Shown here piece after piece: positions 12,303 to 23,996 of a stretch of DNA of 64,000 nucleotides. Under the pieces are notes generated by a model that saw only the letters and a list, made by a program, of their open reading frames with translations, made no database searches and was not told where the DNA came from. Source of the DNA: Klebsormidium nitens (Eukaryota > Plantae > Klebsormidiophyceae); assembly GCA_000708835.1 (NCBI GenBank), contig DF237041.1, positions 148,401 through 212,400 on the forward strand. Direction: 5' to 3'. The position numbers and the translations under genes were made by a program. Within the stretch, counting starts at the first letter, position 1. Each line of letters opens with the position of its first letter.

Positions 12303-15300
12303 GTGGGTCGTTCTTTTGGTCCTCGCTCCAAATACTCTCTTCTTACCTGCACTTCGTATCCAATACTTTTCCAGGGGTTGTAGGGGCGGATAGTCGGCAG
12401 ACAAGGCAGGGAAGCCCGATCAGGGATTAGTACCGGGGAGATTGCATCGTTTCGAGACGAACGAAATCCAAGTAGGAGCACCGATGAGTGTGCTAGTCAG
12501 TGTGACGAGTCAACCAAAGATGGAAGATTGATGCATAGCATGGGGCTGTATCCGGCAGTCAGCTGACTCAACGGACGCGTACGTAAATGGGCTTCGTAAG
12601 CTGCCTTTATGGAAGAAGGGCCGGTGCTGGTGGGATGTCAGAGAGCAAACGACCGGGGGCGAATTCCGAAAGCCATGCCTCAGAAGTTTCGACTTTTTGG
12701 AGACTGGTTCCTGGACTTGCTGCAGCTGAATTACTATACGAATAGGGGGACTCGATTCGGTAGGAAGATTGTCACACTGGGTCGGATTGTTATGGGTCAG
12801 ACCCCTTAGAAAAAGCTTCTTTTGCAGCATTGCAGTACAAGGAGCGGTGCATCCTCACTTTACTGCCATCACGTCTAGCAAGTCGGCCACCAAGCAGAGA
12901 GCTCAAAGCTGGCACAGTCTCGTTCGTCAAGATCCCGTACCCTCTCCGGAGACCCACAAACAATCAACCCGTTGCTGTTGTGCGCACCATCGGTCAGGTT
13001 TTAGGCGTCCGCAAAATCACAGGTGACGGGTGCATATGAGCGTTCTCTGACGTCCGTTCCCTTTCCTGCAGAATCGAGGGCTGGTAGAGCTCGTAGATTA
13101 CCAGGAGGCGGGCCCTGACGAAAAGCTTGAGTGCGGCTTCATTGGGCCCCGGGGCCTGTTGGCTTGGGGGCTTGGATTCGACGCAACCGGCTTGTGTCTT
13201 TTTCCCCTCAGCCAAGGGGGCCGAAACTTAGTGAGCGGATTGTAAGTGCCCGATCAATCACGAACGAATGTATCTCACTCTGCCAGGGGCAGTCGCGTGC
13301 CTCCAGTGGTTCTTTGCTAGGTGTGCTGCAATTTTGGGAGTTGCTTTCCTTGTCTGGTGCTCCTTGTCGGACTTGATTCGGCCAGAGGGTTTAGTAGCAT
13401 GTCTGTGATCAAAGTTCAAAGAAGCAGAAATTCAGGACGGGGCTATCTTCACAGGTTCATCTTGCTTAATCAACGTCTGCTCTATGCATTCCGTGGTCCA
13501 GTTGCTTCCTGTAAGCTTATCTTTTTGCTATTTGCAGGACGTGACGCCTATGAGATGACGGAAGATGGCACTTGACTGATCTGTGGACGCCACAGCTTGT
13601 CTACAATGAATCATGTAACGACATAAGTAGACTGTTGTGCAGTATAGTTTGTAGCATAAGCGAACTCTTTATCGGAATGTTTACAACCTGGAGATTCGGT
13701 AACAAACGAGGCCCATCTGGAGCATTGTAAGTTTTGTGAGCACAGCGAGATAAGGACGTACATGCAGTATCTCCTTCAGTTGGATTCTTGTCTTTGTGCC
13801 AACAAGGAATTTGTGGTGCCTCAAGCACAAAGCCCAAGTCAAGCCAGCCCTCGCTGCAGCCATGTTTGTCTTGCAACACATTCATGCTATCTATCATTTG
13901 GATCTTCAACTTTCTCGCCATCAATCCAGAATCTATTACACCTTTTGGAGCTGCCGTCTGGCTGCTGGCATGCTGGATCCCAATGCACCGGAACTTCGCA
14001 TCGTGATTCCTGTCACTGTATTCTAGCTAGGCCCTCGGATGAGTTCGGACGGTCGTGAGGGCCCCGGGGGCCTTGGCGCTTCAAGTGACCGTCGATCTCA
14101 AAGTTCTTACACGTCAATTTGGCCCGGGTACCGCTGAGTTCCAACCGTTCAAACTCATATATAGTACATATCTTAACCGAAGTTACAACCAGGGTCACCT
14201 TAGGACTAACTTCGATCGGCTCGGCTTGGGACTCCAGAGCGCTACTTGGTGTTCGTACCAGCTTGCGAATGGGCATACATGTATAACTTGACCGAGGCTC
14301 GAAGCCTGGCACTACCGAGCACTGCCAGCCAGCTGTAAGAAACCTGGCCCGGAAACTCTGCTTGGTTATCCAGCTTTAACCAGTATAGTTTGATTTAGCA
14401 GCCTGCGCAAAACCCGGAAGTTACACGAAGTGCGTACCGTCGATTTCGCTGCACTTTATGTGACACGTGGGCATTGACTAAGCTGGCTGCTCACCGGTGT
14501 CTATTCGAGGCATCCCCCGCCCCGGAACTGTCAGATGGATTCCCGTTTAATGTCGATCCAAATACAGTCCTTTGCAGGGAGGCAAGCAAGCGGAAAGGCC
14601 GGAGCCACCAACACACCCGGGGATCAGGTGGATTTCCCGGGTGGTGATCGAAAGCGAAAGTCAACTTGATCTGACATCTTTCGTAACTGCAATGGAGGGC
14701 GTTCATTGGTCAGAGAGTGAAAAATATCTGCGGGCGAGGACAAAAGTGATTCTGTCGCTGCCGCGGAAACAGTGATTCCGAGTGAAAAGATCTCCTGCGC
14801 AGCTGGAAAGCTTGAGATCGGTTGGCTACGCTTGCTCGACATCTTTTTCTTGATCCGGAACTCAATTCCAAACTGCGGCAAGATCTGATTCCTTGCACGC
14901 GTGACTGGGGGTCCACTTTTGGGTTACCAGAAGCCGCTCCACAGCGTTACAACCTTCGAACCACAAGCTTCACGCTGAAAGCATGCTGACTTGTGAAGAT
15001 CTGATTTGTAACGCACCTCTAGAGTTATGCTGCGGTTGCGCGCTCAACGAATTGAATGTACCGTCCTCTTGAAGTTGCGGTCAAGCAAATGATCATTGGT
15101 GAAAGATCAAAGAAACATGGGGGCTCGCGAATCACTTTTCTCAGGCACTCTGTGCTGATTCAGACTGCAGTCGTTCTGTGTCCCAGTCTCTTCTAGAAGA
15201 TGCGTCTGTCACCTTGGGCTTGTCTTGAGCAACAGGTGAACATTGGGATCCTGCAAGCAACACAACGGGCAACAGGCAACGGCCAAGTTGGGGATTAGTG

Positions 15301-15307
15301 GGACAGG

Positions 15308-16716
15308 TCAGAAGTGCTTTGCTGGAGGTCTTAGAGGCTGCAAACTCGTCTCCAAGTAGCACTGAAGTACTATTGGAAACTGTGCATTCAATCTGTGATT
15401 AGCGTTGTAGCTTGTTCTCGTTGGCCTCTTGCAGGCCAGTTTTAAACAGCAATCGCACATCAGATCGTCGCAGCCAGCCTGATTGAGAGAGCAACCTGGA
15501 TTTTTAAAGTAAGTTTGGTCTCGTTTCCACACCAGTGTTGACAGGCCTAGGCCACTGCTTGTCTTTGTCGCACGTAGACTGCAAGACAATCTCCCCTGTT
15601 GTATCTTAATCATGAACTTCATGCTGTGTTTAGTCGCGCAGTCCTGAAGTAGGGCAGCATGTTCCTTCCAACTCCATCTTTACCCCCCCATGTCAGATGA
15701 CATAGGCTTCATCCTCAGTCGCTTCAGTGCAACCCTGAGGTTTTTGGGGGTGGTCATGTCAGAAGTCCAATCAACTAGTTACTAGTTCTTCTTCACATGT
15801 ATTGAGAGTGTACATGAAGCGCAAAACCGTATTGTCAGCGATGAGCAGCCAAACACACCTCTTCTTTGAATGATTCTGCCTGATGTCAGTGCTAGTCTCC
15901 ATCAGCTACAGAGATAATAGTTGCAATGAGCCGTTGCTGAGCAGTGGACATTATTTGCCAGATTGCTTTGTCACCAAGATTTTGGGAGGGCATTTCTTCA
16001 GGGACTTTATCAGGCGATGCTACAGCCTCTCTCAAAATAGAGTATATTACCGAGGCCCTTACCAGGAAGAGCTGCTCTTCAGTAAGATTTTGGAAACAAG
16101 AAGGCTTGTAGATTCTGATTGTGAGGGTTTGCACACAACTTCAAATTTGAAGTTTGGACTCTAAGAAGTAGCCCTTTCCTTCAAAAGGTGTTCTCTTGCA
16201 GGCATCTAAAGATGAGCCACTCTTGAGCATCTCGAGAGCAATGGAAGGCCACCTTAAGAGCAAGAAAAGGCCACCTGATAGTTGCCGCCGTTTGGGAAGG
16301 GATTCAGCAGAGACATGATACTTGTGCCCCTTCCTTTCCAGGTCGGCAGTTGATGCAATAGTTGCACGAAGTTGTGCAATGAAGACAGTAGTTGCGGAGG
16401 ATCTTTGCAATGAGGTTTTCCAGGCCGGTGCAAGCAAGGAGTTTTTGCCAGCAGCATCATAGGTGAGACTCCAGCCACTGGTGGTGTCGCCTCGTCAGCT
16501 TTTGCTGCATGTATCAATGATGTGTCCTTCTTCCACTGCTCCCTTGCGGTTGTGAGCTGTTTGCTGCATCTTCCAGCCCTCTTTCATCTGGAAAGACGCG
16601 GGGGCAAGGTTTGCATCTTGCATCTTTTGCCGAGTCTGGTTGCTGCCTGTTGCCCTGTTAGCTAGGAGCTTTGTGGTTGATGTTGTCAGTTTGAAACCTC
16701 TGGTTGCTGAAGACAT
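15308..16716 (-). pseudogene. Decayed intron-less ORF relic (possibly transposon- or virus-derived)
   Basis: ORFs 16495-16716, 16141-16437 and 15892-16134 lie in one frame with only two internal TGA stops over about 275 codons; a Cys-rich piece (GCDDLMCDCC) follows in another frame at 15308-15622. Confidence 0.35.
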
Positions 16717-17833
16717 GTCAGCATACGTGAATTTTGGACGTACTTGTAGATGCGCATCTTGAAAAGAGCGAAAGTTTGTTGGTGTTTACAGAGCAGGCTC
16801 TGGTATTTAGTTGGGAAGCGGAAATCCTGCTGACTTGCATCGCTGTTTTTGTATGTGAGTCGAACTGTCTGAGTATGCAAGACCCTAGGTTCTTAAGACA
16901 CCCGATTGAAAGCGCACTGATTTTTTCTGCTTGGCCATTTTGGGTGTAGTTTCAGGGCATCTGATTCTCTCATCCTGGAAAGGGCGTTACAGCAACTCTT
17001 TTGCTGCCATGAATCAAGAATTGATGATGATCAAGACTTGTTCTTTAAACATGGGGAGGTTGTTTTCTGATGAAGTGAAGGCAGGCCAAATTCTTTACTC
17101 TATCCGCGTAGCCTTTTGGCGTTCTGAGAAACCAATACAAGGCCAACTTTGCAGCGACTCATGAATTCGGTTCCCCAGGACTGGTGCACTGCTGGAAGGT
17201 GAATGTTTCAATTGCATAACACATGCGGGGCGCACAACCGCGCAACTCTATACCATCATGTTACTTTGTTTTTGACCCTGTTGCCTGCTTTGGAAGCTGT
17301 TGAGCTACTTCTTATAATCTGCTTCTACTTTTGCAGGTCCAGACAGCTCCCTATCCACGCCTTTAGTAATCCACGCCGACATCTCTAGGCTGCTTTTGTG
17401 CTTTTTCAGGTGAGGGGCGAGAACAGAGCACTCAAATCTGTCCACGTAGTTTCTACAACAAACTTTGAGTGGGTTTACTCTGGGCTGCAAATTGTCGCCT
17501 TGGCCTTGTAGGAGTTGACTTGTTATTTTTGGGTATGCAAACATGTCAAACATGTTGAGCAGAAGCTTGTACTTCAGCTTGAGTTGTCTCTGACCTGAGG
17601 ACCTGGAATATCAGGGTTTCAGTGGATGGTAGGTTCTGATCGGCACTGCTTCAATATTTGGTACAACCTGTCCTTTCAAACCAATCAAACGAAGTGAAGT
17701 ACCAAATACTGATGCCCTCTTGAGCCCTTGACAAACAAGAGTCTCTATTGCCAAATGTCACTTTTGAATCGAAGTCCATTCTCTCTTTCCTCTAGGTCGA
17801 TTTCGCACTCCTGCTCAAGCAGAAACCCAGGGC

Positions 17834-20800
17834 ATGGGACGTTCAGACGCCAGCGATCCAAGCCGTCTGTACCGGCAGCAGTCTCAGGGAGCATGCAACC
17901 CGGGGGCACCGAGTACCGGGCAGATGCTTTCTCAACAACAGGGGGGTGCACGTCTGGAGAATAACATGCGGGGGCCACCGGCGAGGCCCGTTGGGGGGGG
18001 GCCACACAAAGGTGACAATGCTGAAGGGAATCAGAATGACCCTCGGGCTTGGGGGGGGGGAGTGGCGCCGCAGGCGCAGTACTGGAATCAGGGGGCCCCC
18101 GGGGGGTCGAACTTCCTTGGGGTGGGAGGCTTTCAACAGGATCAAAGGCCGGCGCAGAATTGGCCCGGAGGGGGGGCTGGCGCATGGAATGGGCCGGGGT
18201 TCTGGTTTCCTCAGGGCAACGTTCAGTGGACAAACGAAGGCCCGAAAGCGGGAAATTGGTCGACAGGGGGGCAGGAGGGCCAGGAATCTGCGCAGCCAGG
18301 CGTGCAAACCGGCGGTCTGCATTCTGCGAGTGAGCCTCGGTCGTCCCAGATGGGGGGGGGATATGGCGCTGGGCAGAGAGGGGGGGGTGTTGGTGGCCCT
18401 GGGCAAGCCCCCCCCAGGGGGTACTGGCAGGAGCCTTCAAGGGAGAGGCTACCCCCAGTTGAAGAATCTCGCGCCTTGGGTCAGAAGCAAGCCGAGTTTC
18501 AGGAGGAGAGGAGAGTGCCAGAAGCTCCCAGTTGGAATGATTCCGGGCAGCATGCACTCAGGGGGCAGGGACCGATGTCCTCCCACAGGGGGGGAAGGGG
18601 TTTGAACGAAGGCCAACAAAAGGCAGGGTACCAGTACGGAAGGGGGTCCGGTCAGGGCCGTGAAACAGGGGGGTTTGAGGCGCCTGCTTCTGGAGGTCTG
18701 CAAAGGGGGGGCTCTCTAGGGGGGTGGTACCATTCCGCAGCCGCTGAGACACAAGCAGGCGCTCAGAGAGAAAGCGCACACCCCCAGAGCCAGGAAAGCG
18801 AATCTGCTCAGCAGCCAGAGGCCTGGCAGCACCGGCAACGGCCTGGGACAGGTGACCGGCAGCAGGCGTCAGAAGCTGCCATATGGCAGCAGATGACTGA
18901 TGCCAGCGGCTCGTGGCGAGGACAGCCGAGCTTCCCCGAGCCGGAGTATCGGCCCCAGAGCTCAGGGGGTCTCCCGTCAGACGCCTCAGCGAACTGGCCG
19001 CGCTTTCCTGGGTACGGGGGTTTTGGTGCGCCGCCGTTCGGTTTGGGCAGTTTCCCCTCGTTCGTTTCCCAGGGGTTTGAGCAGCCCCCGCAGGCAGCCC
19101 CCCCTGCGCGCCCTGACGCGGGGCGCATTGTGGCGGAGACGTTTGAGATGCTGAAGAAGGACATGATGGTTCCGCCCCAGTGGGAGGCATACCGCCAGGC
19201 TGCAGCAAACCTCGCCATGGCGTCGGGGTTTGCTCCCGGTCCTCCGGGGTTCGGGGGCTTGGGGTTCCCGTTCGGCGGGTTTCCCAGTTTCGGGCGGCCA
19301 CAGCCGGGCCAAATGACCCCTCCGCAAGAGGAAGCCGTGCGTCCAAAGTCGTCAGAGGTGACTGTTCGGGGACGGCCAAACACGCCGGAGTGGTCGGAGG
19401 ACCCGGGGGAGGGGGTGCCGATGGAAGAAGCGTACCAAAATGCTCGGCTGCCGTCTGGCGGGCAGGCGTGGGAGAGGGGTCCTGCTGAGCCTCGGGAAAG
19501 GAGCCGTGGTGAACCGGGTTGGAGCCAGGGCAATAGGCAATGGGAAGGTCCGGAGGAAAATGCAGCGGGGGGTCCGGAACGGTCTGGAGAGTACGGGGAC
19601 CGTGGCGGGAGAGCGTCGGAGGGGCGGCTGGCGAACAGACGTCCAGCGTCCAACAGCCGCCAAACCGAGGAAGTGTCCGAGGAGAGAAATGTGCTCAGGA
19701 TGCAGGGGGGGAGTGCCGCGGTGGCCAGCGCAGGCGGCGAAAAGCGCAAGCAGCGGGGGGGCGGGTTTGATCTGAACCTCGACCTGAACCTCAGCGTGAG
19801 CGGTTCAGAAGAAGGGGAGCGGTTCCGGGCGTCCGAAGAGGGGGGCCGGTTCCGGGCGTCCGACGAGGGGAATCGTTTTCGGGCGCCCGAAGAAGGGGCC
19901 CGGTTTCGGGAGTCCGGAAAGGACGGGGGGAACGGGAGGGATCCGGATTCCGAGGTGCGCGAGCATTTGCAGGCGGGAAAGCGCAATGCGAGGCTGGAGG
20001 AGGAGGAGCGGCGGCAAGAGGCGCAGAGGCGCCAAGAGGAGAGGGAAACAGGGGAGCAATGGCCGGCGAGGGGGGTAGAAGAGCGGGGTGGTGGGGCGCA
20101 CTCTGAACCCGGATCAAGAGGTGGGTTGTGCTTTGCCGGCCGTTCTGACCTCTGAGGCATTCTGTCTTCGTGCATTTGGTCTCCTGCTCGCATGTCCCAG
20201 TTATTGCAGCCCAGTACTTGCACCACTTTCGTTTGGTCCCAACGTTTGCTGATGTAGTCCTCTTCTCATGACAGGGTGAATTGCAAGGCCCTGACGTGTT
20301 GTGCGTCGCTTGCAAGTGTCAAAGACGCCCGCTTTTCTTGTTTTGGAAGAAGCTTCTTTGATAGGTTTCTGAGGCCATTAGTTCTATCCTTGAGTAAGCC
20401 AACCGTCTCGACTTTCGCTCAAGTTCAGAGGTTCTCTCTTGTGCAGATTCGCAACATACCACCCCGCAGCAGCAAAACGACTCCCAGTTCACCGGGCAGC
20501 CCCCTCCCCAGCAGCATTTCTACCCCCAGGAACAACGTGGGTCCCAAGCTTCGGCTCAGGGGTCTGGCAACGCCAGCGAAACCAACCCCCTGCTCGGGTC
20601 CTTCGCCCCGTTCGCCGAACTCATGCAACACTTTGCCCCCCACGGACTTCCCCCCTCAAACCTCCCGCCCAACCAGAATCTAGCCCCTCCTTTCATGATG
20701 TCCCCCGGGGCGGGTCCCCGCCCGATGCCCTTCAACTCTGGCATGAACCCAATGGACAGCTGGCTCAGGGCGCTGGCTTATCAAAACCCGGCGACGCTTA

Positions 20801-22513
20801 TGGCCGCTTATCACCTGGCGGGTTTAGGCATGCAGGCGCCCAATCCTCCGAACCCCAGACCGAGCATGCCTGGCTACCCAGACTACCCCCCCGTAACGGA
20901 ATCGCGCCAGGACTTTGCTCCGCGGACCCTGAGTGGGGGGATGGATGTGAAGCGGCAGCCAGAGGGAAACCCCCACGGGATCGAGAAGCGACAGAAGCTG
21001 AATCACCAGGGGGGGTCCCACGGGGGCAGCAGCGGAGCGGTGAGCGATGCGGAGCGGACGGTGGTGAGTGACGGGGGGCTGCAGAGGCCCTGGAAAGCAG
21101 ACCCCTGGCAGGCGCGCGGTGCAGAGTCCGCGCGGGAGGGGGGGGGAGACGCGATCGAGTGGGACGGAACTAGCACGGGGACGAAGCGCGGCCGGACCAA
21201 GGGCACTGTCGAGCCGCTGTTCCCGCACGTGAGCATCCTGCCGACGCCCAAGCCCGCGTTCAAGAAGCCGCCGCCCCTAGTTCTGTTGCGCGACGGGTCG
21301 ACCGTCGAGCTGAAGAAGCTGTCGCCCGCCAAGCGGCGGGAGCTGAAGAAGGAGCGGGAGTCGCACCGCATGGGGGGGTCGGACGCGGGGAAGGGCTCGG
21401 GGGCTTCGGCGAAAGGTTCCGCGTCGGGGGGACCGGCTGCGGCGCCCAGCGAGGGGGGGGCTTCCGCGGAGCGGGGTTTTAGCCGGGGTTTGGAACTTTC
21501 GCAGAGCCCCCGTAGTACATCGGAGGAGGCGGCGGCGAAAGAGATGGGGCCCGGGCAAGGGGGCGACGATAAGTCGATTCTGTCGGAGTCCGAGGAAGCG
21601 CCGACGGTGATTAACGAGGGGTCGCAGCTGGTGAACAAGGAAGCGTTACCGACGGTAACGACGATCGGGCAGTCGAGTCGGGGGGACGGCAGCGGGAGCG
21701 ACTCGACGGTGGCGGGGGGCCGGGCGCTGGAAGCCGCAGCGATTGCGGTGCCGTCGGCAAAGTCCAGCGAAGGTTTGCGCCCAAGCGTGAAGGCGCGCAA
21801 CGAGGGAAGCCGGGGGGGCGCTAGCTGCGGGACCGAGTCTGGACGACTGGAGGGGAGGAAGGATCACGATCACGACGAGGACGACAAGGGGGATAACAAG
21901 GGGCCGTCTTCCGGGTATGTCGGGCAGGGAATGTCTTTGGGCGATCACGGGGCGGCTAAGGGAGCGGAAAAGAGCTCGAAGGATGGGGTTAAGGCGGGGT
22001 CGGGTTCAGGGTCGGGGTCCGGCTCGGGTTCGGACCGTTCTCAGGGAAGGCGGGTCCAGCAAGGATTGTTGAGCATGAAGATTCATCAATGCAAAGTCGT
22101 GGCTGCGAAGCGCAAGGGCTGCTTTTCGCTTGGGAGCGGGCGCCTCGCACTCAAGAAGGCTGGGCCCGGGGTTCCAGGTTTGGGGCTTGCTCGTCCAAGT
22201 TACTTAGAAAAGACCCACGCGTGGGGTGTACCATGGAAGAAACCACGTTGCATGAAGAATGTCAGTACGTTGCCGAGTTGGAGCAGAGGTGCGCTTGGGT
22301 TGCCACTTGTAGCGCAGTGACCTGGCAGCCCCGATCGGGTCCGACTGTTCTGAGATCATCGGATCGGCTTTAAAGCGCTAGGGCTGCAGCTACTCACCGT
22401 CGGCCTGATAGAAGTTCGTGACGCTGGGTCGCAGGTTACAGTTGGCAGTTGCACTAAGATTCAGCTGGGAGCTTAGTAGTAACAGGGGTGCTATTTCCTG
22501 GTTGTCTACCTAG
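17834..22513 (+). CDS. Large (~1360 aa) G/Q/P/E-rich intrinsically disordered protein with an EAR-like motif; exons 17834-20120, 20447-22049, 22178-22288 (tentative), 22435-22513 (tentative)
   Basis: The 773-aa and 565-aa ORFs join in phase via donor aagag|gtgggt (20120) and acceptor ttgtgcag|att (20447). The 3' exons need a GC-AG intron at 22050-22177. DLNLDLNL at 19769-19792. No globular domain recognised. Confidence 0.7.
19820..19927 (+). repeat. Four 27-bp coding tandem repeats (RFRASEEGG / RFRASDEGN / RFRAPEEGA / RFRESGKDG)
   Basis: Units start at 19820, 19847, 19874 and 19901. Confidence 0.85.
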
Positions 22514-22968
22514 ATAGAGAGTCGTCTATCATGTCGGTACCATACGTCCTCAATTAGATCAGACCAGTTGTGAACATGAGTCTTTGCTTTGCTTCCTTCT
22601 GCTGCATTGCAGTGGAAGGGTCTTTGCCACTACGTTCTCTTGTTACGTTGCACCGTTGTTATGGCAAGATGAGACTAACATACCCCTACTTGTTCAGTAT
22701 CTGCAACTAGCTCGTGAATTTTGAAGTCTGGCGCGGCACATTGAAAACCTAGGCGTTGCATGTAAGAGCAACAGCTACCTGTTATCTATTGCCAGTAAGG
22801 CATGCATTTGTGTAATGGTACACACATGTGTACGGACGCAGAATGCTCTGCATGCATCTCCATAATATAGCTCGTCGATAGTAGAATGGCACTCAACTAG
22901 CCGGAAGGATGCCAGCCTCCCATGCCGGCTACTTGCGATTCCCATGCAGGGTCGTAAGAATGTCTCTG

Positions 22969-23591
22969 GGCATCGTGTCAAAACATCTGTGCAAGGGCGT
23001 CCGGAACTGCGAAAATAAAACCGGCCACCAAGGGGGTACGACCGAAAAATAACCCGAAAAAAAATAACCGGCCACTAGGGGTATCCCGGTTCCGGATCGA
23101 TGTAAACCGGATATAAGGGGATGGAGCCTGCAGTACCTATCTACTTAATTGTTGATTGTCGAAATATGACTAGAGGTTTATCGTTTTTCAGCTACTTTTC
23201 TTCGATTTGGCGCCGCAGTTGGCTTGTAAAAGGCAAAAAAAGAGCTTTAATATGTGTCTGGATTTATGTTATTGTGGTGATATTCGTGCCAAACCAATAG
23301 GTTCGAGACTGGTCGGTTGATGTGGCCTCGAAATCCCCCGCCGGTCTTGCAGGGGGCTGACCGGGCCAAGTACACACATACGAGGTTAATTGAGCAGTCG
23401 CTAATACGCCGGAAGTTCACAGGTTCTTGGGACTATTTCACGTTTATTAGCAGATTTCAGCCGGGCACCGGCCACCAGCCCCCTCAACTGATCTTGACAG
23501 AGCTCTAAGAACCGGCCACCGGCCCCTCCAGAAAAATTGCGAAAACCGGAGTACTCCGGACGCCACTGCACATATGTTTTGACACGATGCC
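22969..23591. mobile_element. Non-autonomous DNA transposon (MITE), PIF/Harbinger-like, 623 bp
   Basis: 37-bp TIR GGCATCGTGTCAAAACATCTGTGCAAGGGCGTCCGGA vs reverse complement of the right end GGCATCGTGTCAAAACATATGTGCAGTGGCGTCCGGA (34/37). 3-bp direct flanks CTG at 22966-22968 and 23592-23594. ACCGGCCAC at 23020, 23067, 23467 and 23511. No transposase ORF. Confidence 0.85.
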
Positions 23592-23996
23592 CTGCCACCG
23601 TCTGAAAAGAACTTCAGGAGAGTCAGACACTTGATTCCGCCTTCCAAGCTTCGTGAGCATCAATATGATATCAATGATTGTGATGGCTCTATCGTGGACT
23701 CAGCATGGGAAATCATATTACTTGCATGCTAGGAGCTCAAGATGAGTCACAATGAGTCCAAGAAGCTTGATGCTAGCTTACATCAAGACCATGAAGTGGA
23801 ATAAGACCACTATGAGGGATGTGAAGACAACTGCACAAAAGGCGGAGTCACCGTAGGCAACAAAGTCAAGTATTGGCTAGTTTCAAACTTGTATAAGGCC
23901 AACGACCAAATCTAGCCCGCTCTAGCTCCAACATCATATAATGCAGAGGTCAAAGAGCCGCCTATTCCGATCTAACTCCTCATGATCCGAGCGCAG

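Noticed and set aside
14245-14316. tRNA-like fold with T-loop-like GGCTCGAAGCC
   Set aside because: No anticodon stem, D-loop lacks the conserved GG, and the acceptor stem has mismatches; at best an eroded SINE, not supportable.
17745-21800. Long minus-strand ORFs (18808-20226, 18558-19379, 17745-18557, 21003-21800)
   Set aside because: Antisense shadows of the disordered-protein gene, which has supported splice sites on the plus strand.
17990-22030. Abundant G-runs suggesting G-quadruplex arrays
   Set aside because: Explained by GGG/GGN codon use in Gly-rich exons throughout the window; no specific enrichment can be shown without computation.
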